The notes: generated by a model not told the origin, from the letters alone. DNA of 64,000 nt from Vicinamibacterales bacterium (GCA_965207675.1 CBDBMY010000011.1:1950171-2014170); one strand, 5' to 3'; positions 38,862-50,298 are shown, counted from the first letter of the stretch. A program made the numbers and translations.

Positions 38862-40656
38862 ATGACTCGAACCGAAGGTGTCCGATTCCGAAGATCCGCG
38901 ACGGTGGGGCCGGCCTCGACCGTAGCCCTGATCCTGCTCGGGCTGGCCCTCGAGCCCACTCCCGCCGCGGCGCAGCCGCCGCCGGCCGACTTCGTGCCGG
39001 TCACCGACGCCATGCTCCGCGACCCGGCGCCGGAAGACTGGCTCATGTGGCGCCGCACCCTCGACGGCTGGGGCTACAGCCCCCTCGACCAGATCGACCG
39101 CGACAACGTGGGCGACCTGCGCCTGGTCTGGACCCGCGCCCTGAACCAGGGAAGCCAGCAGGGCACGCCCCTCGCCTACCGCGGGCGTGCTCTACATGCC
39201 GAACCCCGGCGACGTCATCCAGGCCATCGACGCGGCGACCGGCGACCTGATCTGGGAGCACCGGCGCGACCTGCCCGACGACCTCGGCGAGCACATGGGC
39301 GGGCTGGCCACCACCAAGCGCACCATCGCCATCTACGACCGCCTGCTCCTCGACACCACCGGCGACGACTACCTGATGGCCCTCGACGCCGTCACCGGCG
39401 AGATGGTGTGGGAGACGCAGGTCCTCGACTACACGGTGAACCCCGCCCTGCAGACGGCCGGTCCCATCGTGGCCGGCGGCAGGGTCGTCTCGGGCCGGAG
39501 CTGCCGCGCCACCGCCACCCCCGATGCCTGCGTCGTCACCGCGCACGACGCCCTCACGGGAGAGGAGCTGTGGCGGCGCCGCACCGTCCCCGGGCCGGGG
39601 GAGCCGGGAGACGAGACGTGGGGCGACGTGCCGTTCGAGCGGCGCAAGCACGTCGGCACCTGGATGGTGCCGAGCTACGACCCCGAGCTGAACCTCGTGT
39701 ACATCGGCACCTCGGTCACCTCGCCGGCCCCGAAGTTCATGCTCGGCGGCCCCGAGCTGGCGCACCTCTACCACAACTCGACCCTCGCGCTGGACGCCGA
39801 CACCGGCGAGATCGCCTGGTACTACCAGCACCTCAACGACGACTGGGACCTCGACCACCCCTTCGAGCGCCTGCTCGTCGACACCGCGGTCGCGCCCGAC
39901 CCCGACGCCGTCGCCTGGATCAACCCCCGCCTGCAGCCGGGCGAGCAGCGTCGGGTGATGACCGGCATCCCCGGCAAGACCGGCGTGGTCTACACGCTCG
40001 ACCGCGAGACCGGCGAGTTCCTGTGGGCCAACCCCACCGTCGCCCAGAACGTGATCACCCACATCGACGGCGCCACCGGCGACGTGACGGAGAACGCCGA
40101 GGTGATCTTCTCGGCCCTGGGCCAGGAGCTGCTGGCCTGTCCGAGCTGGGCCGGCGGCAAGGACTGGGAGGCCGGCGCCTACAGCCCCCTCACCCACACC
40201 ATGTACTTCCCCCTGCGCAACGCCTGCCAGCGGCTGCTGTCGACGACCGAGGGCGGCAGCTCGACCTACATGCTCGCGGCCCGGCACCAGCTCGCCCCCG
40301 GCACCGACCGGCTCGGCACCGTCCGCGCCATCGCCGTCGACACCGGCGCCACCCGCTGGCTCCACGAGCAGCGCGCGGCCACCATGTCGCTCGTCGCCAC
40401 CGGCGGCCGGCTGCTCTTCGGCGGCGACGCCAACGGCCGCTTCCGGGCCTTCGACCAGGACACCGGCGCGGTGCTGTGGGAGATCAACCTCGGCTCGCCG
40501 GTCAGCGGCTACCCCGTCACGTTCGCGGTCGACGGCCGGCAGTACGTGGCGGTCGGCACCGGCACCTCCGCCAACGCCTCGATCAACCTGCGGATGACCC
40601 CGGAGCTGAGGCCGAGCTTCGGCAACAACCTGTTCGTGTTCGGCCTACCTGAATAG
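38862..40656 (+). CDS. Exported PQQ-binding beta-propeller protein, with a single-base frameshift near 39184
   Basis: VTDAMLRDP..DWLMWRRT..WGYSPLDQI, GTWMVPSYDPELNLVY, DWDLD, GYPVTFAVDGRQYVAV; extra G relative to the paralog at 59369. Confidence 0.85.
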
Positions 40657-40892
40657 CCGACGGAGGTCGCAGCCGGACCCGCCCCCGCAGAACCAGCGGC
40701 CGAGGGGTGCCATCCCCGACAAGCCTCCCTCGGTCGCCTTCATCCGTTCCGCCCCTTCAGGACGCCCCTCGGCGCACAATCGCGGCCCGGCTGCGGCCCG
40801 GCCCAACGCGATGATCGCGGATCTTCAACCGTGGTACGCTGGCTGATCCGACGCGGGCAGCGTTGACGACAAGCCTTTCTGACCTTTGTGAC

Positions 40893-43800
40893 ATGAACCC
40901 GAAACGCCGAGCGGCCGTGGCGGCGGCGTGTCTCGTGGTGGCGAGCGCCTTCTGGGGCGTGAGACCGGCGGCGGCCCAGCCTCCGGAGGCCGCTCCCGCC
41001 TCGGTCGCGGTCATCGACCAGCGCCTGCTCGAGATGGCGCAGGACCAGAGCCTCGACGACGCCGCCCGCGCGAGCATCCGCGGCCTGTACCAGCAGGCGT
41101 TGTCCGAGCTCGAGGCGGCCGCCCGCTGGCGAGTGACGGCGCTCGACTTCTCGCGCCGAACCACCGAGGCCCCGGCCGCGCTCGAGGATCTGGAGGCGGC
41201 GATGACGGCGCCGGAGGCCGACGCGCCGCCGATCTCCGCGGCGGACGGCCTCGACACCCTGGAGCAGCGGCGCGCCGAGGTCGAGCGGCAGCTCCAGGAG
41301 GCGGCGTCCCGCCTGACGGCAGCGGACGCGGAGCCTCTCGGGCGCACGTCGCGCCGCGGCGAGATACGCGAGACGCTGGCGGAGCTCGCCGAGGACGCCG
41401 CGGGAATCGAAGCCGATCTGGAGGTTCCGGCCGCCTCGGACGCAAGCCCGATGGAGGCCGAGGCACGCCGGTCGCTGCTCGCCGCCCGCCGCCTGCACGT
41501 CGTAAACCACTCGGCGGCGCTCGATCGGGAGCTGGTAGCCTACGACGCGGAGCGCCCGCTCCTGCCCCACCGGCGAGAGCTGGCCGCGCGCGACGTTGCC
41601 CGCCTGCAGGAGCAGCTGGAACAGCTCGACGCCGCGACCGCCGCCCTGCGCCGCCTCGATGCGTCCCAGCAGGCGAACGAGGCCCGCGCCCAGGCGACCC
41701 GGCTCGGCCTCGTCGCCGGCGGCGAATCGGAGCGCACGCGTCAGGTGCTGCTGGCCCTCGCCACCACCAACAACGCGCTGACGGCGCGGCGCCAGGAGCT
41801 CGTCAGCCGGCTCGACCTGGCGGAGAGGCGCCTGGGCGAGAGCCGCGCGGCCCTGGCGGACCTCGACGAGCGGTTCACACGGACGCGGGAGCGGGTGGCG
41901 GCCCTCGGCCAGACCGGCGCGGTGGGCCTGCTGCTGCAGCGGCACCGCGCCGGCCTGCCGGAAGCCATCGATGGTTACCGGGAGGAACGCCGGGCGGTCG
42001 AGGAACGGACGCAGATCGTGCAGGAGGAGATGTTCGATCTCGACGAGCGGCGTCTGGCCCTGGCCGACGTCGAGGGGCGGGCGGCGGCCCTCCTCGCGCC
42101 CGACGGCGAGCCGCCCCGCGACGAGCTGGGCCGGCGGCTCGACCGGGAGCCCGGCGAGGAAGTGACGGCGTCGGTGCGGGGCATGCTGGAGACCCAGCGC
42201 ACCTACCTCGGGCTGCTCTTCGACGACCAGGCGCGCTACTTCGACGTCCTCGTGCAGACGGGGACGACCTCCGGCGAGCTCCAGGGTACCGGCGAGGCGT
42301 TCCTCCGCTTCATCGACGAACGCGTCCTGTGGACGCGGAACGCCGAGCTCATCGCCTGGTCGGATCTGGCGGCGGCGCGGGACGCCGCCGCATGGCTGCT
42401 GCACCCGGCCCAGTGGGCGGCGCTGGCGCGCACGCTGGCGAGCGACGCGGCACGGGGCCCCTGGGGATACGCCCCGGTGCTCGCGCTCCTTATCGCGACG
42501 CCTGTCGCCTGGCCGCGGTTCCGCACTGCGCTGGCGGCGTGCGGCCGGCGGGCCGCGGCGGGCACCGCCACCCGGTACGCGCCGACGGCCCAGGGCCTGC
42601 TGCTCACCGTCGCGATTGCCCTTCCCGGGCCGGCCCTGGCGTGGCTGCTCGCGCGCCGCGTGGCCGCGGCTTCGGGCGATTCGGAGCTCGGGCAGGCGGT
42701 CGGCGCGGGCCTCGCGGCGGTGGCGGTCACGTTCTTCCCGCTCGAGCTCCTGCGGCAGTCGAGTCGGCCGCACGGGCTGATGGCCGCCCATTTCCGGTGG
42801 TCTTCGCGGGCCGTCGAAGTGCTCGGGAGGCATCTGCGCTGGTTCGCCGCCGCCGCCCTGCCGTGCGCCTTCGTGCTCGCGGCGCTGGCTTCCCAGGAGG
42901 ACCAGGCCCGGCATCACGCGCTGGGCCGGCTCGCCCTGGTGGGCCTGCAGGTCGCGGGCGCGGTGTTCCTGGCCGGCGTGCTCCACCCCGCGCGCGGCGT
43001 ATTCGGCCAGTTCTTCGCGACCCATCGCGGCGACTGGCCGGAACGCCTGCGCAACGTGTGGTACGGCGCCGCCGTCTGCATCCCGCTCGTCCTGGCCGGC
43101 GTGGCGCTCGCCGGCTACATGTACGCCGCCGGCGAGCTCGTCGCCAAGTCCCTGGAGACCGTCTGGCTGGCCACCGCGGTCGTCATCACGTACGGCATGG
43201 TGTCGCGCCGGGTGCTCGTCAGCCGGCGCACGCTCGCGTTCCGCCAGCGCCGCGAGCGCGCACAGGCGGAGGACGGGGAGCCGGCGGAGCCGCTGCCCGA
43301 CCTGGGGCAGATCGACGTCGATACGCGCCGCCTCATCCGGACCCTGACCACGGCCGGGGCGCTGGCCGGGGCCTGGCTGGTGTGGTCGGACATGGTGCCG
43401 GCGCTGAGCGTCCTCGACCGCGTGACGTTGTGGCCGCTCGGGGCCGAGCCCGGCGCGGAGGGCGTGTTCACGCTCGAGCACCTGGGCCTCGTCGTCATCG
43501 TGACGGTGCTGACGGCGGCCCTCGCCCGCAACGTGCCGGCCCTGCTCGAGATGCTGCTGCTCCACCTGCCCATCCAGCCGGGCGCGCGGTACGCGCTGAC
43601 CAGCATGAGCCGCTATGCGCTCGTCCTCGGCGGCGGGCTCGCCGTCTTCGGGGTGCTGGGGGTCAGCTGGTCCAGCGTGCAGTGGCTCGTCGCCGCCTTC
43701 GGCGTCGGCCTCGGCTTCGGTCTGCAGGAGATCTTCGCGAACTTCGTGTCGGGGCTGCTGCTGCTCGTGGAGCGGCCGGTCCGGGTCGGCGACACCATCA

Positions 43801-44327
43801 CCGTCGGGGGCGTGACCGGGGTCGTGACGCGCATCCGCATTCGCGCGACGACCATTCGGGACTGGGACCTGAAGGAGCTCGTGGTCCCGAACAAGGACCT
43901 GGTGACCGGCCAGCTCCTCAACTGGACGCTGTCGGACGCGGCGAACCGGGTGACGGTCTTCGTGGGGGTCGCCTACGAGTCCGACGTCGACCAGGTGACG
44001 CGGGTGCTGCAGGAGATCGTGGCCGGCGACCCGCGGGTGCTGGAGACGCCCGAGCCCAACGTCACCTTCGAGGAGTTCGGCGACAGCGCCCTGAAGTTCT
44101 CCATCCGCGCCTACGTGCAGGACATCGAGGAACGGCTTCCCGCCATCCATGCCCTCCACACCGCGATCGCGCACCGATTCCGCCGCGAGGGCATCGAGAT
44201 CGCCTTCCCGCAGATGGACATCCACGTCCGGCCCGACGCCCCGAAGCAGCTCCGCGACGACTCGGCGCCGCCGTTGCGCTTCCCAACGCCTCCAGGGGCA
44301 GTCGAGCCGGCGCGCCGCGACCGGTGA
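40893..44327 (+). CDS. mscK: Mechanosensitive channel MscK/KefA-like
   Basis: Signal peptide, long periplasmic coiled region, many TM helices, MscS core WSSVQWLVAAFGVGLGFGLQEIFANFVSG, IRIRATTI, IAFPQMDIH. Confidence 0.85.
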   Translation: MNPKRRAAVAAACLVVASAFWGVRPAAAQPPEAAPASVAVIDQRLLEMAQDQSLDDAARASIRGLYQQALSELEAAARWRVTALDFSRRTTEAPAALEDLEAAMTAPEADAPPISAADGLDTLEQRRAEVERQLQEAASRLTAADAEPLGRTSRRGEIRETLAELAEDAAGIEADLEVPAASDASPMEAEARRSLLAARRLHVVNHSAALDRELVAYDAERPLLPHRRELAARDVARLQEQLEQLDAATAALRRLDASQQANEARAQATRLGLVAGGESERTRQVLLALATTNNALTARRQELVSRLDLAERRLGESRAALADLDERFTRTRERVAALGQTGAVGLLLQRHRAGLPEAIDGYREERRAVEERTQIVQEEMFDLDERRLALADVEGRAAALLAPDGEPPRDELGRRLDREPGEEVTASVRGMLETQRTYLGLLFDDQARYFDVLVQTGTTSGELQGTGEAFLRFIDERVLWTRNAELIAWSDLAAARDAAAWLLHPAQWAALARTLASDAARGPWGYAPVLALLIATPVAWPRFRTALAACGRRAAAGTATRYAPTAQGLLLTVAIALPGPALAWLLARRVAAASGDSELGQAVGAGLAAVAVTFFPLELLRQSSRPHGLMAAHFRWSSRAVEVLGRHLRWFAAAALPCAFVLAALASQEDQARHHALGRLALVGLQVAGAVFLAGVLHPARGVFGQFFATHRGDWPERLRNVWYGAAVCIPLVLAGVALAGYMYAAGELVAKSLETVWLATAVVITYGMVSRRVLVSRRTLAFRQRRERAQAEDGEPAEPLPDLGQIDVDTRRLIRTLTTAGALAGAWLVWSDMVPALSVLDRVTLWPLGAEPGAEGVFTLEHLGLVVIVTVLTAALARNVPALLEMLLLHLPIQPGARYALTSMSRYALVLGGGLAVFGVLGVSWSSVQWLVAAFGVGLGFGLQEIFANFVSGLLLLVERPVRVGDTITVGGVTGVVTRIRIRATTIRDWDLKELVVPNKDLVTGQLLNWTLSDAANRVTVFVGVAYESDVDQVTRVLQEIVAGDPRVLETPEPNVTFEEFGDSALKFSIRAYVQDIEERLPAIHALHTAIAHRFRREGIEIAFPQMDIHVRPDAPKQLRDDSAPPLRFPTPPGAVEPARRDR

Positions 44328-44361
44328 GTCCGCACCGGCCGTCCCCCTTGCCGGAACGTCG

Positions 44362-44673
44362 TCAGAAGCTGATCACGAGCGCGGTCCGGAAGATGGCGTC
44401 CAGCCCCGCCTTGCGAATCTGCCCCGTCCCGAAGTCGAGCAGCACGCCGCCGTCCATGACCGTCTCGAACAGCTCGTCGCCGCTGCCGGGCGCGCCGTCG
44501 GGGTCGATCAGCGTCACGCGCGCGACGACGGCTCGGCCGAGGGCGAGCTCGGTCGGCTCGGACCAGCGTGTCTCCTCGGCGGCGGGCTCCTGGGCGCCAT
44601 CGACGCCGGCCGCGGTCGTCGTCAGGCCCGTCAAGAGCGCCAGTCGCGCCACCGTACGCCAATCGGTTCGCAT
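44362..44673 (-). pseudogene. Short exported protein / probable internally deleted outer-membrane beta-barrel relic
   Basis: Signal peptide then only ~75 aa, ending in beta-signal-like FRTALVISF. Confidence 0.4.
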
Positions 44674-44829
44674 TCGCACCTGCGCCCTCAACATTCGGAA
44701 CCAGTCTGGAGGTCGAGTCTTTGGAGGGAATCTACGGCAAGTCCGGTCGCCCTCCTTCACGAGCGCGCCCGAGTGAACACGAAGAGGACCGAGGAGGAGG
44801 GTGTACCGAAGCACCGGACGCCTACAAGT

Positions 44830-45360
44830 AGCGAAGGAAGCTCCGCCGCCTCGTCCTTGATGGCGCCGATGACGTCGTCGACGGTGAGACCCCGGCCAGC
44901 CGGCCGTCCTCGTCCACCACCGGAATCGCCAGCAGGTTGTAGTCGGCGACCTCGCGGGCCACGTCCTCCTGATGGGTGTCGACGCCGGCGCGGACGGGGT
45001 CTCTCGTCATGATCGCCTTGAGCGGCGTCTCGGGAGGCATGAGCAGCAGCCGCCGCAGCGAGACCACCCCAAGGAGCCGGCCGTGCTCGTCGACGACGTA
45101 GAGGTAGGAGACCATCTCGACCTTGCGCGACCCCTGGAGCGTCGCGACCGCGCTGCCGACCGACAGGTCCTCGGCCAGCGCGAAGACCTCGGGGTTCATG
45201 ATGCGGCCGGCCGTCGACTCGACGGCGGTGCGGCATGTCTTCGACTCCGGGGAGGGCCTCATCGAGAAGGCGCGGCGCCCGTCCAGGCGTCCGTGCCGGG
45301 CACCGCGGGTGCGGGATGTCTTGGACTCCGGGCGATGGACGTCATCGAGAATCACCCGCA
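44830..45360 (-). pseudogene. mgtE: MgtE magnesium transporter relic (CBS pair only, frameshifted)
   Basis: STAGRIMNPEVFAL, YLYVVDE..LLGVVSLRRLLL, YNLLAIPVVD..GRL.G, then TVDDVI in another frame; no TM domain. Confidence 0.7.
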
Positions 45361-45638
45361 GACCGCCCCGCAGGGACGCGCGCTCGCGGCGCAGGTCGGC
45401 CGGCGTGAGGAGACCCTCGGGACCGGGGCGATTCGCCGTCGCCGAGCCGCCCGAAACGGGGTGGACGCGGGCCCGCGCGGGGATCCGGGCTCCGGGGGTG
45501 CCGCGTTGCCCCGTTCCATGATGGCATACAGTCGATTCAGGCCCTGCCGCCGACCCGCCTCCGAACTCAATCGAGGCGGACGCGGGCGGCGGCACGGTCG
45601 CGGCCCGCGTGGCGCGGGCCCATGGAGCGAAGCGGAGC

Positions 45639-45936
45639 ATGAAAGTCGCCGTCGTCTACAACCGTGGGGCCGGCAACGTCATCAACCTGTTCGGCATGCC
45701 GAACCGCGAGAAGATCGGACTGAAGGACGATCGCGCGCATCGCATCCGCGCTGAAGGCCGGCGGGCATCAGATGGTCCCCGTGGAGGGGGGAAGGACATG
45801 GGGGAAGGACCTGGTCGAGCGACTGGAGCATTTCATGCCGCGCGTGGTCAAGGGCGAGCGGCCGGAGCTGGTCTTCAACGCCTCGTACGGCGTGCAGGGG
45901 CAGGCGCGCTACTCGCACGTGCCGAGCCTGACCTGA
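45639..45936 (+). pseudogene. D-Ala-D-Ala-ligase-like ATP-grasp N-terminal relic
   Basis: MKVAVVYN.. then in shifted frames GHQMVPVEG, LVERLEHFMP..LVFNASYGVQGQARYSHVPSL, stop; short tandem duplication GGGGGAAGGAC near 45787-45810. Confidence 0.55.
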
Positions 45937-45953
45937 CGACCCGTCGAGGCCGA

Positions 45954-46463
45954 ATGGAAACCGTGCCCGCCAAGTCGGCTGCGCTGTCTGCAATACTGGC
46001 GGTCCTGCTCGTTGCGGCCGGTTGCACGGAGCCACGGACGCCCGGGGGACCGACGGCCGTGTCGGTCGGCACACCTGCGCCGGTCTCCCCACGCGCGGGC
46101 TCCGTGGTCGTCGCCGGCACCGTTACGACGTCGGGCGATGACGACTACGTCCTGAACCACGCCGCCATCATGGGGGACACGCTGTCGGTCTCGGTGTCGT
46201 ACGCCGGCGGGTGCGAGGCCCACGCCCTGACGCTGGTCATCGCCGCGTCGTTCACCGAATCGTCGCCGGCGCGGCTTCCCGCGGTGCTTCGGCACGACGC
46301 GAACGGCGACGCGTGCGAGGCATGGCTGACGCACTCGTACGCCTTCGACCTCGCCATCGTCAGGACACGCTACCGGGCCGCCTACGGCCCCGGTCCCGGT
46401 CGGGTGGCCCTGCAGCTCGACGGCGTTGCCGCCGACCGTCTGGTCTACGAGTTCGCCGAGTAG
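45954..46463 (+). CDS. Putative lipoprotein, uncharacterised
   Basis: Lipobox LVAAGC; SYAGGC..H..DACEA with two further Cys. Confidence 0.65.
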   Translation: METVPAKSAALSAILAVLLVAAGCTEPRTPGGPTAVSVGTPAPVSPRAGSVVVAGTVTTSGDDDYVLNHAAIMGDTLSVSVSYAGGCEAHALTLVIAASFTESSPARLPAVLRHDANGDACEAWLTHSYAFDLAIVRTRYRAAYGPGPGRVALQLDGVAADRLVYEFAE

Positions 46464-46741
46464 GGCAGCCGCCCCGCCGCGGCCGTCGCTCCGTCCGCTC
46501 GGCGTCGTCGCCCACGCACCACCGTGACGCCTCGTCGATATCCGCACTGGAGGCGAGCGGCGCTCCTCCGATCGCCTCTCCACCGCCGTCGAGGCCGGCC
46601 GGCGTGGGAATGTACCGCCCGGCTCCTACGCCGGAGATGGAGACATCGCCGGGCAGCGGGCGCCACTTGGCGCGAGACGGCCTCTCGCGATCTTTTGCGG
46701 GGGTACAACCGCCGTCGCGCACGCACGCCCGGAACCCAGAG

Positions 46742-48358
46742 TCAGTCGATGCCTCCCGGCCGGAAGCGCGGAGTGGTCTCTCGTGCGGTCACATGCGCTG
46801 CGAACCCCGAGCCGGCCTCCTCGTAGACGTCGAACACGACCGACGCGCCGGCCCGCTCGAGCGGCTCGATCTCATCCCGGAACCTGGCCGTGGCGGCCAC
46901 CCGGCCCCTGAACGAAGCGGCCCGGAGTCGATCGAGAACGGCGAGGCTGGCGGTCAGGTTCGGCAGCGCCAGCATGACCAGCTCGACGGTGTTCGTGTCC
47001 TGAATGCGGTCCCAGAAGTCCGCGTCGCTCGGGTCGCCGAGCAGCACGTTTGACCCGGCCGACCGGTGCTTCGTGACCGTTCTCGGATCGATGTCCACCC
47101 CGACGACGGTCTCGCCGTGCCGTCGGCGCATCGCCTCGTAGGCCCCGGCGCCGACGCGGCCCATGCCCAGAACGAGGATCGTCGCCCCCCCGGTGTCGAG
47201 CATCCGGTCGTCGACGAGACGCTCTCGTCGCTGAAGGCGGAGCCACGCCGTCCGGTATCTCGCGTAGACCCGATCGGCGACGGAATCGACTCCCGCGGCG
47301 ATGCCGCACGACAGCGACAGCGCGACCGCGATGACGCTCAGCCACACGCCGTCGATCCAGCCGTTGGCGACGGCGACGGCGGCGACGATGAGCCCGAATT
47401 CGCTGAAGTTGGTCAGGCTCGACGACGCCAGCAGCGCGGTTCGGGCGCGCAGCCGGAACCGCGCGAGCAGACCCAGGAAGAGAGCCGACTTGACGAACAC
47501 GAACGGCGTGACGGCCGCGCCGACGAGCACCACCTCCGTCGTCAACGGCCCGGACAGGCCGATGGACAGGAAGAAGCCGACCAGGAACAGGTCCTTGAAG
47601 CCGATCATCGTCTTCGCCAGCTCGTCGGCCTTGTCATGGCCGGCGATCAGAACGCCGAGGACCAGAGCGCCCAGGTCGCCCTTCAGACCCGCCAGCTCGA
47701 ACGCCTCCGCGCCGCCGAGGGCGAGCAGGAACCCGTAGAGGACGAGGAGCTCTCCATGGCCGACCCGCTGCAGGACCAGGCTCAGCAGCGGCCGCAGCGG
47801 AATCAGGATCAGCAACGGCAGCGCCCAGAGGGTAGGCCGCTCGCCTGCCGCGATAGCCAGAAAGGCGACGGCGGCCAGATCCTGCACGATGAGGATCCCG
47901 ACCGCGATTCGACCGTGCAGCGAGGCCGTCTCTCCCCTCTCTTCGAGCACCTTGACGACGAAGACGGTGCTCGAGAAGCTCAGCGCGAACGCGATCAGCA
48001 GAGCCCGGGAGAAGTCGATATCAGCCAGGAACGAGGCGCCCGCCAGCGCCAGCAGGTGGATGGCCGTTCCGAGCACCAGAACGACAATCGACATGTGCAG
48101 GCCGGCGACGGCCCAGACCTGCGGGCGCGCGAGGGTCCTCACGTCGAGCTTCAGGCCCACGAGGAACAGCAGCAGGGTGATGCCGAGGTCCGACAGCGTC
48201 TGCAGCATCTCGCCGCTGACGGTTCCATGCCAGTTGAGCAGGAAGCCCGCGGCGAGAAAGCCGACCAGCGGCGGCAACCCCACCGCCCGGGACGACAGGC
48301 CGAGCACGAACGCCACGGCGATCGAGGCGACGTCCCGAACCGCGATGGCGACGTCCAT
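46742..48358 (-). CDS. Cation:proton antiporter (CPA2/Kef-like) with TrkA-N domain
   Basis: LPPLVGFLAAG, SFSSTVFVVK, LIVQDL, FFLSIG, SEFG; GMGRVG..GDPSD RCK domain. Confidence 0.9.
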   Translation of the reverse strand: MDVAIAVRDVASIAVAFVLGLSSRAVGLPPLVGFLAAGFLLNWHGTVSGEMLQTLSDLGITLLLFLVGLKLDVRTLARPQVWAVAGLHMSIVVLVLGTAIHLLALAGASFLADIDFSRALLIAFALSFSSTVFVVKVLEERGETASLHGRIAVGILIVQDLAAVAFLAIAAGERPTLWALPLLILIPLRPLLSLVLQRVGHGELLVLYGFLLALGGAEAFELAGLKGDLGALVLGVLIAGHDKADELAKTMIGFKDLFLVGFFLSIGLSGPLTTEVVLVGAAVTPFVFVKSALFLGLLARFRLRARTALLASSSLTNFSEFGLIVAAVAVANGWIDGVWLSVIAVALSLSCGIAAGVDSVADRVYARYRTAWLRLQRRERLVDDRMLDTGGATILVLGMGRVGAGAYEAMRRRHGETVVGVDIDPRTVTKHRSAGSNVLLGDPSDADFWDRIQDTNTVELVMLALPNLTASLAVLDRLRAASFRGRVAATARFRDEIEPLERAGASVVFDVYEEAGSGFAAHVTARETTPRFRPGGID

Positions 48359-48401
48359 GGCTCTCTGATTCGGAACGCGGGAGAGGCGGAACGTGTGCGG
48401 A

Positions 48402-50054
48402 TCAGGACGCGTCCCGGATCGCCTGCCGTGCGTCGAGGATGTCGCGGACGAGCTGCTCGACGTCGTGCTCGTCGATGAACGGGGAGAGGATGAAGCTCTT
48501 CAGGCCGACCACCGGCTCGCCGTACTCCGTCTCCCGATAGCAGTCGGTCATCGAGATGTGGACGCCTTCGCCCCGCATCGCCCGGTCGTAGAGGTGCCGG
48601 AACAGGCGCCGGTTGTAGTCGTTGTGGCGCCGCAGCTCCTCGCGGGCGGCGGGGTCGGTGCGCTCGCGGTCCTTGATCGTCCAGGTGTCGACACCGTCCG
48701 GATAGACGCGGAAGACGGTGACCGTGCCGACGGCGTCGTCGTTGAGCACCGTGGTCGAGCCGTGCCCCTCTAGGTGCTCGCGCAGCACCTCGGCCATCTC
48801 CACCAGGTGGCCGAGGAGCACGCGGAAGCCGTTCTGCCCGAAGAGCAGCAGGCTGCCGTAGGCGGCGAGCACGCCCGAGCCGCCCCGCGACGTCTCCAGG
48901 GTGAACACCCCGGGATGCCGCTCCCCGCTCTGGAAGAGGTACGGCATCTGCTCGCGGCCGCGGACGAGGAGCTGCATGTCGGCGCGGTCGCGGGCCAGGA
49001 ACAGGCTCGAGACGTACGGCGTGAAGCCGGTCTTGTGGAAGTCGATGCCGATGGAGTCGGCCCGGTGCAGCTTCGCGATGCGCCGGCCCGCCGCGGCGAG
49101 CGCCCGCACCGTGCGCGGGCGGAAGCCGAGAGGGTTCGCCTCGAAGTCGTAGTCGTTGAACACCGACCACGCCCAGCCGATGACCGCGTCGGCGTGGACG
49201 TGCGGCGTGTAGTCGAGGCGGTATTCCTCGACCAGCCGGTCGCGCAGGTCGGCCACCGCGTCGAGGTCGTCGATGCCGAACGCGTCGGTGGTGCCCATCG
49301 TCGCCACCAGGGCCGCGATGCGGCGTCCCCGGTCGAGCGCCTCGCGGGCGGCGACCTCCAGGCGGTCGATGCGAATGTCGTTCTGCAGGTGCGTCGGCAC
49401 CTCGACGACGCTCTTCTCGCCCAGACCGAGCCACCCGGCGACGTTCAGGCGGCAGTAGTGGCTCTGCGCCGACGCCAGAATGACGCCGGCGCCGGCGGGC
49501 ACGCCGTCCTCCATCGCGTCGGGGAACGCCTTCTCGATGCCGAGCTTCGCCCCGTAGAGCACCGTCCCGGTGCCGCCGAACGTGAACACGCCGGCCGCGC
49601 GCGCCGGGTCGTAGCCGACGAGCCGCGAGACCATGGCCGCGACCGCAGCCTCGGTCAGCATGAGGCCGTACGACGTGTCGTCGGAGACGAGGTTGGGGTT
49701 GTAGATGGCGGGCAGCAGCGATCCGATGACGCTCGGAATGGAGGGCGGGGGGACGACGTTGATCTGCGTCCGCGGATGCCCCCAGATCGGCATGCCCTCG
49801 AGCCGGCCGACCAGCAGGTGGGCGACCTCCTCGACACTGCGGCCCTCCTCGTTGAGCTCGGCCCGCTCCGCCGCCGCGTAGTCGAGCGCCCGCGGCCGGC
49901 CGAGCAGCGGCACCTTCGACTTCAGGTCGTCGACCTCGTCGAGGGCGCGCAGGATGGAGAAGACGAAGTAGGCGTCGTGCTTCCTGTCCGACACCGGTGC
50001 GGGGAACGCGTCCCGCATCCGCCTGAGCAGCTCGTGGTAGGGTCGCTCGGTCAT
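48402..50054 (-). CDS. Group II PLP-dependent decarboxylase
   Basis: FTFGGT, SHYC, TMGTTDAFGIDD, HADA, DSIGIDFHK (PLP Lys), TLETSR. Confidence 0.88.
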   Translation of the reverse strand: MTERPYHELLRRMRDAFPAPVSDRKHDAYFVFSILRALDEVDDLKSKVPLLGRPRALDYAAAERAELNEEGRSVEEVAHLLVGRLEGMPIWGHPRTQINVVPPPSIPSVIGSLLPAIYNPNLVSDDTSYGLMLTEAAVAAMVSRLVGYDPARAAGVFTFGGTGTVLYGAKLGIEKAFPDAMEDGVPAGAGVILASAQSHYCRLNVAGWLGLGEKSVVEVPTHLQNDIRIDRLEVAAREALDRGRRIAALVATMGTTDAFGIDDLDAVADLRDRLVEEYRLDYTPHVHADAVIGWAWSVFNDYDFEANPLGFRPRTVRALAAAGRRIAKLHRADSIGIDFHKTGFTPYVSSLFLARDRADMQLLVRGREQMPYLFQSGERHPGVFTLETSRGGSGVLAAYGSLLLFGQNGFRVLLGHLVEMAEVLREHLEGHGSTTVLNDDAVGTVTVFRVYPDGVDTWTIKDRERTDPAAREELRRHNDYNRRLFRHLYDRAMRGEGVHISMTDCYRETEYGEPVVGLKSFILSPFIDEHDVEQLVRDILDARQAIRDAS

Positions 50055-50298
50055 GCCGTCGGCACTGCCTGTCTCCGCTCACCGGGCACATGGCGAGAAG
50101 GCGCCGGGATCGAGGTCGGAGTTGGTGGCCGGTTCGCGGCCCTGGTCGGAGCGGCGTTCCGAAGCGACATCGACAACGGCGGCAGCGCCCGCCTCATCGG
50201 CACCGGCGGCGGTCAGCGTCTCGGGACCGCGTGGGTGTCCACCGCTGACAGGGTAGCACGGCGCGAACCCCGGCCGGGCTTCGCTCGTTGTTACCGGT

